A stretch of 63,617 nt of DNA, counting the filler, from Kipferlia bialata (Eukaryota), in the NCBI GenBank assembly GCA_003568945.1. It is 7 parts of 7 records of this genome, joined end to end, with 100 filler letters (N's around TTAATTAATTAA, not from the genome) between each part and the next. Parts side by side here need not be neighbours in the genome. Positions count along the whole stretch, not along the records: positions 1 to 10,955 come from BDIP01001325.1; positions 11,056 to 21,999 come from BDIP01001326.1; 5 more parts are not named here. One strand, given 5' to 3'. The notes below the pieces were generated by a model. The model saw only the letters and a program-made list of their open reading frames with translations. It was not told the DNA's origin and searched no databases. A program made the translations under genes and the position numbers. The stretch's first letter is position 1. Every line of letters begins with the position of its first letter. Below are positions 1-11,829 of the stretch, piece by piece.

Positions 1-111
1 AGAAAGGTGACTAAACTCCCCCCCCCCCCCCCCCCCGATCTCTCCATTAATTGTCATATTGAAGTAATGAGGCTAGATCTATAGTGTGAAATGTATCTGT
101 CTACTCCCAGG

Positions 112-1660
112 TTCTCGGAGTACTATCTCTCATGACCCCTCTAGAGCGAGGCATGGAGCAGAGTCAGCTCTGTCCTACACCAGCATAGGTAGTTGTGTTT
201 CTTTCATGTCCTGTATCTCTCTCTGTCTACGTACTTGCTGTGTCTCTACAGGAATCCTACATATGTATGTACAGTCTGCTTCTAATGTATGTCCTCTCAC
301 GCTTTCGGTTTCGCCCTGATACCCAGTGAGAGACGCGCTGGGAGAGAAAAAGGGAGAGAGAGAGGGAGAGAGGCCCAGTCTGTCAAGGGAGACATGCAAC
401 GGGAGGAGTGACAGGACCAGTCTAGGGCAAGAGAGAAAGAGATCAACTATCTCTAGAGAGAGACAGAGATCAACTCTCTCTAGAGAGAGAAGCACAACAA
501 GAGAGGGTCAGAGGACAGTGTCTGCTGTTACAGTAGCCAGTCCAGGTATGAACTAGCAGTAAGAGTAGATAAGTATGGTAAATATGTGCATATATCAGTG
601 TGAGTAGATAAGTATGGTATATATATACATATGTCAATTGTTGGTAGTCCAGCCTGGACTTCAGGTATGTACTAGTCATGTTCTGAAGTATTACTGATAA
701 TTAACTATCTGTCGTAATGTCCTATCCTGAGGATATAGCCTCTCTCCCAATCGATAGTAGTATTTCTCTGTCTCATACTACCACTCACCCCAGTTGGATT
801 CAGCCCCCGTCTCTCAGAGAAGGAGAGAGAGAGACTCTCAGAGAAGGAGAGAGAGAGAAGTGTGGGAGTGACCAGACCTTGGCGTTTTACTCCTGAGGCC
901 CCACTTGGAGAGAGAGAGAGGGAGAGGGAGAGGGAGGGGCAGAGAGAGAGAGAGATGGAGAAACAGATCAGGGTGGCCAGAGTACAACATGGGTTACTCA
1001 CTCCTGAGAAGCCAGTTGGGGATATGGAGAGAGAGAGAGAGAGAGAGATGGGAGTGACCAAGCCATGGTACCTCACTCCGGAGAACCCAAAGAGGGAGAT
1101 GGAGACGGAGAGGCAGAGAGAGAGACAGAGAGAGAGGGGGAGAGAGAGGGAGAGAGTGGTCGTGCCATCAGTGAGTCCTGTGTCAGTGTCAGGACTGCAC
1201 CAGCACAGAGAGAGAGGTATGTATATATACTGTAGTGTATTTATAGTATAGTACATATATATTGCCATCCTGTGTCAGGACTGCACCAGCACAGAGAGAG
1301 AGGTATATACAATAGTATATACAGTGGTGTCTATGATATATACTTGAATCCTTGGCTGTGTAGTTGATATTCTAATCTGGACTGCACCAGCACAGAGAGA
1401 GAGGTATATTCATGACAATCTCATGTATATACATAAATATTGATTTCTCAAATATTGTCAGTAGAAACACAATGGTGTATATACTATGCAATGTATTCGA
1501 ATGGGAGTGTAGTTGTATGATACTCATATCTGACCACCAGCCCCTTCCCTTGGCCCTGCCTCACCAGTTCCACAGGCCAGTCCAGGTATTCTCTCTCTCA
1601 ATGTATCTATGTATATACTATACCAGTCCTGGGCGAAGACGATGACCTCAGTCTTTCTCC

Positions 1661-1696
<36 letters not shown>

Positions 1697-2419
1697 GTAT
1701 CTCTCTCTGTATGTCTGTCTCTATATATTTATGTATGTATGGACTAATGACCCAGGTACACCCAAGCACCGCTACGGTGCACGCTACAACCGAGTCGAGA
1801 CTGAGAGAGAAGAGAGGGAGAGAGACGCCAGGAAAGTTGAGAGGGAGAGGGAGGAGAGGGAGAGAGAGGAGAGGAAGAAGAAGAGAGAGAGAGCCAACAA
1901 TGATCTGCAGAGAATCAGAGAACAACGGCTACAGGCGGCGAGGGAGAGGCAGAGAGAGAGAGTGCTGGAGTCCGCTAAGGAGCAACAACTGAAGAGAGCA
2001 CTTGGTGAGATTGAGACGATAGTGAAGGAGGAAGCTGCAAAGGCGAATGCAGCTACAGCAGCCTCAGCTCCATCACAAACCAAGCCGCCTACTCTTATTC
2101 GGGAGAGAGAGACAGAGAGAGAGGTTGAGACAAGGGGAGAGAGGGAGACATACACAGTAACTGACAGTGCTTCTGCAGCTGCTGCTATCCCAGGTGGGCA
2201 TATGAACGGCATGTGTATATTCTCGGAGTTGTTTCTGTTTCGTAATACATATTCGCAGTGGACTGGAAGCCCTCTCAAAATATTTCAATTATCTATGAGT
2301 ATCTAACCACCAGAGATGGCCCAACTTGTAAGAATGTATCAGTATCAGTATCTAATTGTATATCTGATAGTCAGGGATGGCCCAGGTCCCTGCCCTCCTC
2401 AGGCCACAGTCTTTCTCTC

Positions 2420-2456
<37 letters not shown>

Positions 2457-3159
2457 TATATAAGGTATGGCCCAAGTGCCTGCCCTCCTCAGGGGTATAG
2501 CCGAGGCCCAGGGACTGGCACAGATAGAGGGAGTCAGGTATGTATTACTGAGACATATTCATGGTTGATATCCACTTCTTAAGTGCCTCACGTTACTCCT
2601 GATTATAGAACCAAGGTGTAGTAAGTGATATGCAGGGTTACATCCGACTCACCACCAGACAGTCCCTTCTCTCTCTCTCTCTCAATATGTATATATACCT
2701 CCTCACCACCAGGCAGTCCTTTGGAGTCGAGACTGCCCTGGCCTCACTCACAAGGAGGTATCTACTCAAGAGTTATCACCATGTATCACTGTATCACAAC
2801 CTGTATTGTAACACTATTTAATGTATGTGTGGGCTGTCTCACACCTAGGGTTGAGTCTTTGGAGACCCATGTGCACTCAGAGCTGGCAGAGATGAAGGGG
2901 ATGCTGAGGTCAATGTTATACACCAATATTTATAGTGAGATGGGATGGGGTAGGTTAGTTTATACGCCTGTGTATATACAACAATGAGTAGAGAGGAGTG
3001 GGTGAAAGATGCACGATTGTTGTATGTATATGATACTAACTTGCCTTAGTGGATATCTCTGCCACATCCATCTCTTTGAAGCAACTGATATTCAGCCAGA
3101 TTCTGTCTCTGCATGGCCGTGACCCCCTGATGAGGGATGTGGCACAGGCATGGGAGTAG
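112..3159 (+). CDS. Multi-exon hypothetical protein with (ER)n and coiled-coil tracts, 5'-incomplete
   Basis: GT-AG exons at approx. 112-188, 326-546, 793-1216, 1757-2192 and 2850-2934. The last exon, 3049-3159, reads in frame (A|TG GAT ATC ... DVAQAWE*). Internal repeats GVTRPWRFTPE / GVTKPWYLTPE. Confidence 0.6.
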
Positions 3160-3421
3160 TGATTATAGAGAGAAGTGGCAAAGAATCACGGACTACTAGA
3201 GATAGATAGAAAGTTGATTGATGTTTGATAAATGATGATTCATCAAACTGATGATGTGTTGATTGATGCGAGGTTATATGACCCTTCTATGACTGATCTA
3301 TACCGTAGCAATGTTCTATTGACCCTCTTACGAAGCAATCTCTCTCGCCTCCTCTAGCTATCTACCCTCTATGATATTAGAAAACACTACCATTCTCTCT
3401 CTCTCTCTCCCCCTACACCCT

Positions 3422-5115
3422 TTATGCGATTATGAACATGACCAGAGCAGCTGCTAGGAATGCATACACGCCTAGACGGGTGGGTGATATAGATGCACCG
3501 GTTGGGGGGCCTAGGGATAAGTACATGATGTATATGAATAATTATGATTATGATTATAGTATATATAGAGAGAGGATGTGATGAGTAGTACCGATGGAGG
3601 GGGCTGAGAATAAGGGTGTGGAGAGAGTAGAGAGAGCAGGTGATATTGCATAAAGCACTCCTCTGACAAGAAGAGAAAGTAGATACATATCAATACATAA
3701 TGTAATACAATGTATATATATAGTGATCGTACCATCACCAGGGTCAGTGTCATCATCTAGATCATCGTCGATGATGATATATATGTATATACGGTATATA
3801 GGTATATACATACATATACACAGTAGCTCTCACCATCCCCAGGGTCCGTGTCGTCATCTAGATCGTCGTCGATGATGATATCATCATCAAGATCATCGTC
3901 AAGGTCGTCGTCCAGATCATCATCTGTAGGTGAGGTCTACACGATAGGGCACTATACATTTGGATATATATATACATACATACACATATATATATATACA
4001 TATATATATATACATATGATGTGATCATCTGTCGGTGAGGTCTGCTACACAAAGTGAATGGCACACATATATACACAGGAGGGGTCAATATATCTTAATA
4101 TTACATATTCAGATATCCTGCTACATTAGTATTCACACATGTGCCATTACCTAAGTCATCATCCAGGTCATCGTCTCATGAATCAACATGTATACGTACA
4201 TATGTACATTAAACACCATTCATATATATATATATATATATGATGCCCATACCTAAGTCATCATCCAGGTCATCGTCCAGATCGTCGTCAAGGTCATCAT
4301 CTGATAGGTGAGATGTGAATACACTAATACTTTGTAAATGTACATCACAGTAAGAAAACTGCCTGTCATGATATCCACCACACAATGTGAGATATGTAGG
4401 AAGACCACGAATACACAACATTTGTATTCTGCAGATACAGTCTGAAGGATCTACTGTCTGGGTCATCTAAGTTGCCAGCAACCAATAAAAATGTCTGCGC
4501 GTATGTATACACTACCCAATGTATTTCTCTCTGTACCCACGTTATCGTCTGGTGCATCCAATATATACAACACTCAATGTATACACATATATATATATAC
4601 TAATATATATATATACATACACTATTCCATACCTACATCATCGTCCGGGGCATCTCCGTTGCACCCGTAGCACCCATCCTCAAGGGTACAGCGGCAGGTC
4701 TAGGTGTAAGGGACATGTATATATATATATCTTATAGTGTATATACAGTTGCACCCGTCCTCTAGGGTACAACGGCAGGTCTGGGGTGAGGGATAGAGTA
4801 TACATAATATATATATATAGTATATATACCTAGAATACATATATACAGCATATAGAGTATATTACTTGCATCTAGCACCCATCCTCCAGGGTACAGCGGC
4901 ATGTCTAGGGTGAGGGACATGTATATATACGTATACATTGTCATCTAAATAGATAGTATATGTACCATATACTACAGTAAAGCTGCCCTCCAGGGTACAG
5001 TACCAGAATGATCCATGCAACATATCTCTCTCACTCTCTCTCTTATGAACTCTGAGAGACACAACAGTGCTGTGACTTCCCTTCTGTAATTCATACTTAC
5101 CTGGCAGTACCCCTC

Positions 5116-5174
<59 letters not shown>

Positions 5175-5371
5175 TCTATGTATACACATATATTACACCT
5201 ACCCCTCACACTTCCCCTCCTCACAGAGATACATAAGAATAGATAGACAGATAGACTGATACATATGTACACACAGAGTATATAGAGTACATCCGTTTAT
5301 CGGATGACAGCAAAAGGTCTACTATTACTGTCTAGACACAATAATAATACCTGGCAATACCCCTCGCACTC

Positions 5372-5417
<46 letters not shown>

Positions 5418-8400
5418 CCACATACCTGGCAATACCCCTCGCACTCCCCCTCCTCACAGAGGTCACTGACATCACACATGCCAGACTGGGAATGAGGGGG
5501 TAGAGGGAGGGAGAGAGTGAGAGAGATAGGCACGCGGAGTTTAGGTTACGTACCGTGTCGGCAATCTCCCCTGCGTCTCTGTATGCATCAACCAGACGCT
5601 CATGGGCATCGCCCTAAGTGTTAGTGCATCGGGGTAAATATGTGTGAGGAAGAGAGTTATTGTGATAAACACGGCTATCTCATGGGCATTGTACTAGGAA
5701 GTAAGGATGTAGTGGGGAATGGAGTAGGTATGGGTCAATGTATCATACTCATCAATGGATCAAAAGGGGATATAATCAAAAACTCTGGTCAGAAAAAGTA
5801 CCGAATATAGAGAGATACCTGTGTGATGTAGTCTGTGTTCCCCATCTTGACACCCGAATATGCATATACGATATACAATGTATATATGGTAGAATATATA
5901 TAGGAATGTATTAGTAATATAATATAATATATATATATATTTATGAATAATAGTATATAGTATATTACCTGTGTGATGTAGTCTGTGTCCTCCATCTTGA
6001 CAAGTACATATAATCATTAACATGTAGTCTACAGTGTAGTGTATAACCATATTGTCTACATATATATATATATATATATACAATATATATATGTAGACAA
6101 TACCTGGTATATTATATGGAGTATAGTACAATACCTGAGTGATGTAGTCTGTGTCCTCCATCTTGACAACAGTGATGCCAGTCACACCTGGATGTCACAA
6201 TCTCCTCCTCTGAGTCTGGGCCCAGGAAGGTGTATATAATAACATAGCATTACATAATATATATATATATATAACTGAATATATCTATATACTATTAATG
6301 AAGTAGTATGCAAATACTAACACTACCTCCGACGACGTATTCTACTACAATCTCCTCCTCTGAGTCTGGGCCCAGGAAAGTGATCTCACACCCACCACAG
6401 GAGATGACGGTGTCTAAGGGTTAGTGTATTGAATATATACATATTTATAGTATATGCAGAAAAATAGAGAGAGTAACGTGATCTCACAGCTACCACAGGA
6501 GGTGACAGTGTCTAAGGGTTAGGATATAGTATATGGAGTAGTACTGGAGAGAGACATACATAGTAAGGGGGATAAAGGGAGTAGTACCTATAGCAACGGT
6601 GCCGTCCCAAAGCTCAATACTTATACTGCAGGCTGTGTATACGCTATATACTCTATATTCAATACACATGTGTTCGTATACCAGCTCAATACATATACCT
6701 AGAGTATATATATATATATATATATATATACCTATGTGCTCATAATAAATATACATATTTATACCTATTGCAATTGTGCTTGTGCCGTCCCACAGCTTGA
6801 TGCCAACATCCCCACAGCCATACACACTGAGGGTTAGAAACACTAGACAGACACTGAAGAGTTCCAGAAATAGTACAGGAGGAGTAATGAGCAATATATG
6901 ATAATGATTGGGTTGCCACAGCTTGATGCCCACATCGCCACATCCATAGACACTGGGGGTTAGATATATATAGTGAGAGAGAGATACTGGTATGTGTTGT
7001 CATGATGAACATATACTAAACCAACTAAACCACAACATACAGACCTGCTTCTCTCTGTGACTGGGCACCATACTGCCAGTTCAATTATCTATACTGTATT
7101 TATATATATATGTATATATGTGAGTATGTATATATGTATACATATGTGGGACTTCACTTTACGTGTATGTAGGATATCTATTGATAGTATATCTCCTATA
7201 TGTACCTGCTCCTCTCTGTGACTGGGCACCGTGCTGCCAGTTCAATACACTCAAGTGTATGCTCATATATTCAGATGATCATCAGAATACATAGAGAATG
7301 TATACTATGATATATACACTATATGTATATATACGCATAAATGTGTAAATACCTGCTCCATACATATGTGTACATATGTGTGTATATCTGTGTACCTACT
7401 CCTCTCTGTGACTGGGCACCATGCCGCCAGTTCAATAGGCTGGAGGGCACACTCATCACCTGGGGTAGTTTAACATCTTAGACGTTATAGGGTTGAGACA
7501 CTAACCGGTTACATACCTATTCCAAACGGTACTGTCCTCACTGTGACGTAGCTGTTCTCAGCAAGGCCAACAACCTGTGGATAAGGTACCGAAGATGCTA
7601 TATATATATATATATATATATAGACAGCCAGGCCAAAAACATGAGTGTGAATACTGGGTACATGAGAGTAACAAGGAGTAAACACTTAGTTGCTATTACA
7701 TCAGTGTTATAGAGAATATATACATACACTATTTAACTAATTGTATACATACGGTAAATGAGAACGCACCATGGGCGTGTAGTCTCCCTGCAGCTTGTAG
7801 TTTAAGAGATACCGATATCTATTACAATAACGATATATGCTTGTATTCAATGTACACATACGTGGTGTCTATTAGAAGTGAAGCTAGAGTACGCGTACCA
7901 TGGGTTTGTAGTCTCCCTGCAGCTTGTAGTTGGCTGTGAACTCCTCGCCAATGTCAAAGGAGCACTTGACAGCTGATCTATCTACCTATTGAGTTGGTGG
8001 TAAATATAGTATATTTGTAGAATATATCGTACATATATATATGTATATCTGAAGTGCCAAAGGAGCACTTGACAGCAGATCTATCAACCTATGATGAGTG
8101 AGTGATGACAGACAGTAGATCGGTCGACCTTGCGTAAGAGAGAGTAGAAAGTATACGCAGTTTGGATATGCCGACCCATGAGGCTGATACATAGTACATG
8201 TAGTATATACTACACCACATACCTGTGGGTCCAAGATGTTCTCTCATGTACATATGTGTATACGTGTATTGTATATTCATATATCAATTAGTGTTGATAT
8301 ATATAGGTAATAATATAAACACATACCTGTGGACATGTCCCAGATGTTCTCCCCACAAGTATCATATTCATATGCATTGATTCTATTCGCAATTCTATTG

Positions 8401-10898
8401 ACAATTGATGTGTATCAGCGCATACCTGTGGACATGTGTCCCAGATGTTCTCCCCACACTCCTGGGAGTCAGTGACAGCAGAGAGCGAGCAATAATACAC
8501 ATATAGTACATTGAGGATAATATTGCGTACTATTGATAGAGAGTGGATATGTACTCTCCACACTCCTTACAGTCAGAGACAGGAGAGGGAGAGAGCCAAG
8601 GAGCTGAATCTGAATCTGAATTAATAAGGTCTAGACATCCACAGCATACATACATACATACCTGTAAGTCGAATGTGGCCGTGTACTCCCCGACCAGCTT
8701 GGCCATGTCGATGGGGTCACTAAGGTGAGATATATATAGTAAGGTATGGATAAAGGTGATATGGGATGTAGGTATATACATACATAGTATATATAGTATA
8801 TATACACGAATGTATTTATATATAATACATATATACATATTCATATGGCCATGTCAATGGGGTCACTGGGGATTAGATAGACTTGGTATATATCATATAT
8901 ATCTATATATATCTATATATACATATATAGATAGTTAGATAGATGTATAAGTGTTAGACTATTACATGAATAGTGTAGTGGCTATGCAATACCCATATTT
9001 ACTGGAAGTACTGAATAGGGTATTGTACTAATGGATAGAGAGTGTCAAGCATACCTTGTCTGAGCGTTCCAGCTCTGCATGCACCCAAACTCAGTGTATA
9101 TACATAAATAATATAATATATTAATAATATATATAGTATAGTATATATACATATCTCAATATATCACTGTCTAGTATGGTTATACACTCATTATACCTAG
9201 TCTGAGCATTCCAGCTCTGCATGCACCCAAACTCTGTGTCACAGCATATATATATTAATACGCATACTATTATACTATATATATATATATACCTAGTTTG
9301 TGCGTTCCAGCTCTGCATGCACCCAAACTCAGTGTCACAGTATCTGGAGGGGCACAGGTACACGCAATCACAGGACTCGCCTAAGGGTTAATGGGATATA
9401 TATACATAGAGAGAGAGAGAGAGAGAGAGAGTATGTGTGTGTGTGTGTGTATGTGCGAGAGAGAGAGATAGGGGCACAGGTACACACAGTCACATGACTC
9501 GCCTGCATATTAGGGAGGGAGAGAGAGAGAGAGAGAGAGAGATTCAGAGACAGACTTGAAACACCTATCTATTCATTCATACACAAAAGTGAATACTACG
9601 GATACATTCGACATACGTACTTGACGTGGCATATGTCGATGGTCCCTTCAGAGTGTACCCACACAGATGCATATATTTATATATATACAATAATCTGTAT
9701 AATGTATATATAAATATACATATATACACTTATGCAATTATACTCACTCGATGTTGCATTTGTCGATGGTCCCTTCAGAGTGTACCCACACAGACGCATA
9801 TTTATATATATATATATATATACAATAACCTGTATAATGTATATATAAATATACATATATACATATATGCAATTATACGTACTCGATGTTGCATATGTCG
9901 ATGATCCCTTCAGAGTGTACCCGCACAGACGCATACGTATATATATATATACAATAATCTGTATAATGTATATATATGTATACATATATACATATATGCT
10001 AGTATACTCACTTGATGTTGCATATGTCGATGGTCCCTTCAGAGTGTACCCACACAGACGCATGTCATCATTCTTGCCTGACAGTGAAAGGGTGTAGAGA
10101 CTATTGAAAGGGTGTAGAGGCAAATAAGGGTGCCTGACGAGTAAAGGGGTGTAGTAAGTGAGAGACGGGTATATATATACTATATAGCAGGTAAAGGGTT
10201 TCTATTTATAATACTATAATTATAAGAGACGCATGTCATCATTCTTGCCTGAAAGTAAAAGGGTGTAGTAAGTGAGAGACGGGTATACTCATACTATATA
10301 GCAGGTAAATGCTTTCTATTTAGAAAATTATCAAAGACGCATGTCATCATCCTTGCCTGGAGGTAAAAGGGATGTAGAAAGCATTCCATAATGAAAGATA
10401 TACATTAGCAACTGCACACCTAGTGTCTCGAATATGATCTCTGCCCTCTCATCTGAGGTGCCATCCATGCGCCACGAGACCTGAATGAGTAAAGGGTGTA
10501 GAGAGGGATGATAAGGGTCATTATAGATGCCGTATATTCAAGAAGTATAAGCAGCAGAATTTGGGTGTAATACAGATGCTAGGAAGGTATAGTGCGTGTA
10601 TTTATAAGAGACCTGTACCTCGCTGAACACAAATCCCTCCTGTGTGGCACATGTGGTATGTATATATATGCATTGATATACATACATATATATATATAAA
10701 TATAATTATATATATGTATATATGTATTAATACTTGATACCTCACTGAACACGAATCCCTCCTGCCTGGCACATGTGGTATGTATATATATACATTGATA
10801 TATATATATATATACAAAAATATGAAATACCTCACTGAACACGAACCCCTCCTGGGTGGCACAGGTTGTGGTGCTGATCTTGTCATAGACCTCAAACT
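3422..10898 (-). CDS. Cys-rich surface protein with acidic (DDDL)n stalk and C-terminal GPI-signal-like tail, 5'-truncated at contig end
   Basis: About 18 short exons splice in frame: FEVYDKISTTTCATQEGFVFSE / VSWRMDGTSDERAEIIFETL / GKNDDMRLCGYTLKGPSTYATS / ESCDCVYLCPSRYCDTEFGCMQSWNAQT ... SGMCDVSDLCEEGECEGYCQ / TCRCTLEDGCYGCNGDAPDDDV / (DDDL)n / GPPTGASISPTRLGVYAFLAAALVMFIIA*. Confidence 0.75.
9618..10362 (-). repeat. Intronic exon-echo array (4 copies of exon 3' part, 3 of exon 5' part)
   Basis: gcatatgtcgatggtcccttcagagtgtacccacacagacgcat (with minor variants) at about 9629, 9756, 9890 and 10020. gacgcatgtcatcattcttgcctg at about 10057, 10228 and 10336. Confidence 0.9.
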
Positions 10899-10913
10899 GA
10901 TATTAGGGGTGTA

Positions 10914-10955
<42 letters not shown>

Positions 10956-11055
10956 NNNNNNNNNNNNNNNNNNNNNNNNNNNNNNNNNNNNNNNNNNNNT
11001 TAATTAATTAANNNNNNNNNNNNNNNNNNNNNNNNNNNNNNNNNNNNNNNNNNNN
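10956..11055. other. Artificial contig spacer (N44-TTAATTAATTAA-N44)
   Basis: Identical 100-bp spacers also lie at 22000-22099, 33041-33140, 44080-44179, 55118-55217 and 61233-61332. Contigs 2-5 are 10944, 10941, 10939 and 10938 bp, i.e. length-sorted. Confidence 0.97.
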
Positions 11056-11829
11056 GGTTCATATGCACGTCCCATGTGGCAAAGTTCTTCCGTTAGTATA
11101 TTGTAGGGATGGATAGGGATATGTAAGGATATTATAACGCATTATTATACAAAGTCCCAGCCCTAGTGTGAATGAATAGGCTCACAGAGAGAGTAGCTGA
11201 GCCAATCAGGTATACATAGTTAACTACAAGTGAGAGAGTCTTGTGAGTGGTAGTACTACAGGTACATCACAGATTGAATCGTGGCGCCCATTAGGAAACT
11301 GTGATGCTATCGAGTACCTGTAATGCAGGAGAGTTGTACTCACCTAGTACTCACACAGACTCGTCTATAACGAATCGATATTTAGGATCAAAACCGCAAC
11401 AAATGCTTCCTACAGATTCTGGAGTAGAGAACATCTTCAGACCTTGAGTATAGTAGACTGAGAGTATCGAGTCTCCCCTATTGTGACGGATTCATCGACG
11501 TACACCTTCCCGTGAAGTACGAAAGCGGGAACACCGAGAAGTGTTTCTGGTGATACCATCCCTGCTAGGTCTGATACTCACCGCAGGATGTGGACTGACA
11601 GGTTTCTGCCGCTTGAGTCCACTACAGCTGTTACGTCCGATACTCCTTCGTGCCAAATATATAACTAGTGCAATACTATCTATTACCTCAGTATTTGCTT
11701 TCCAATACATCAGTGTATTATGCATATACCGAGGTTGGTGACTAACATAACCAAGCCTTTCCATATGTCAAATTACTAGGGTGGTACTTATGTAAACCAC
11801 TGGGGAAATACCACTGGGGTACAGGCCAG

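Noticed and set aside
3232..3296. C/D-box snoRNA-like ATGATGA...CTGA
   Set aside because: It lies in a TGA-rich 3' UTR region, with no convincing terminal stem or recognisable rRNA guide.
5093..5107. ATACTTACCTGGCAG, identical to the U1 snRNA 5' end
   Set aside because: It is the reverse complement of a CAG|GTAAGTAT donor (an exon echo) in the minus-strand gene. No U1 stem-loops follow.
9618..10065. CRISPR-like array of ~44-bp repeats
   Set aside because: The repeats are exon fragments, the spacers resemble each other and are TA-rich, the context is eukaryotic, and there are no cas genes.
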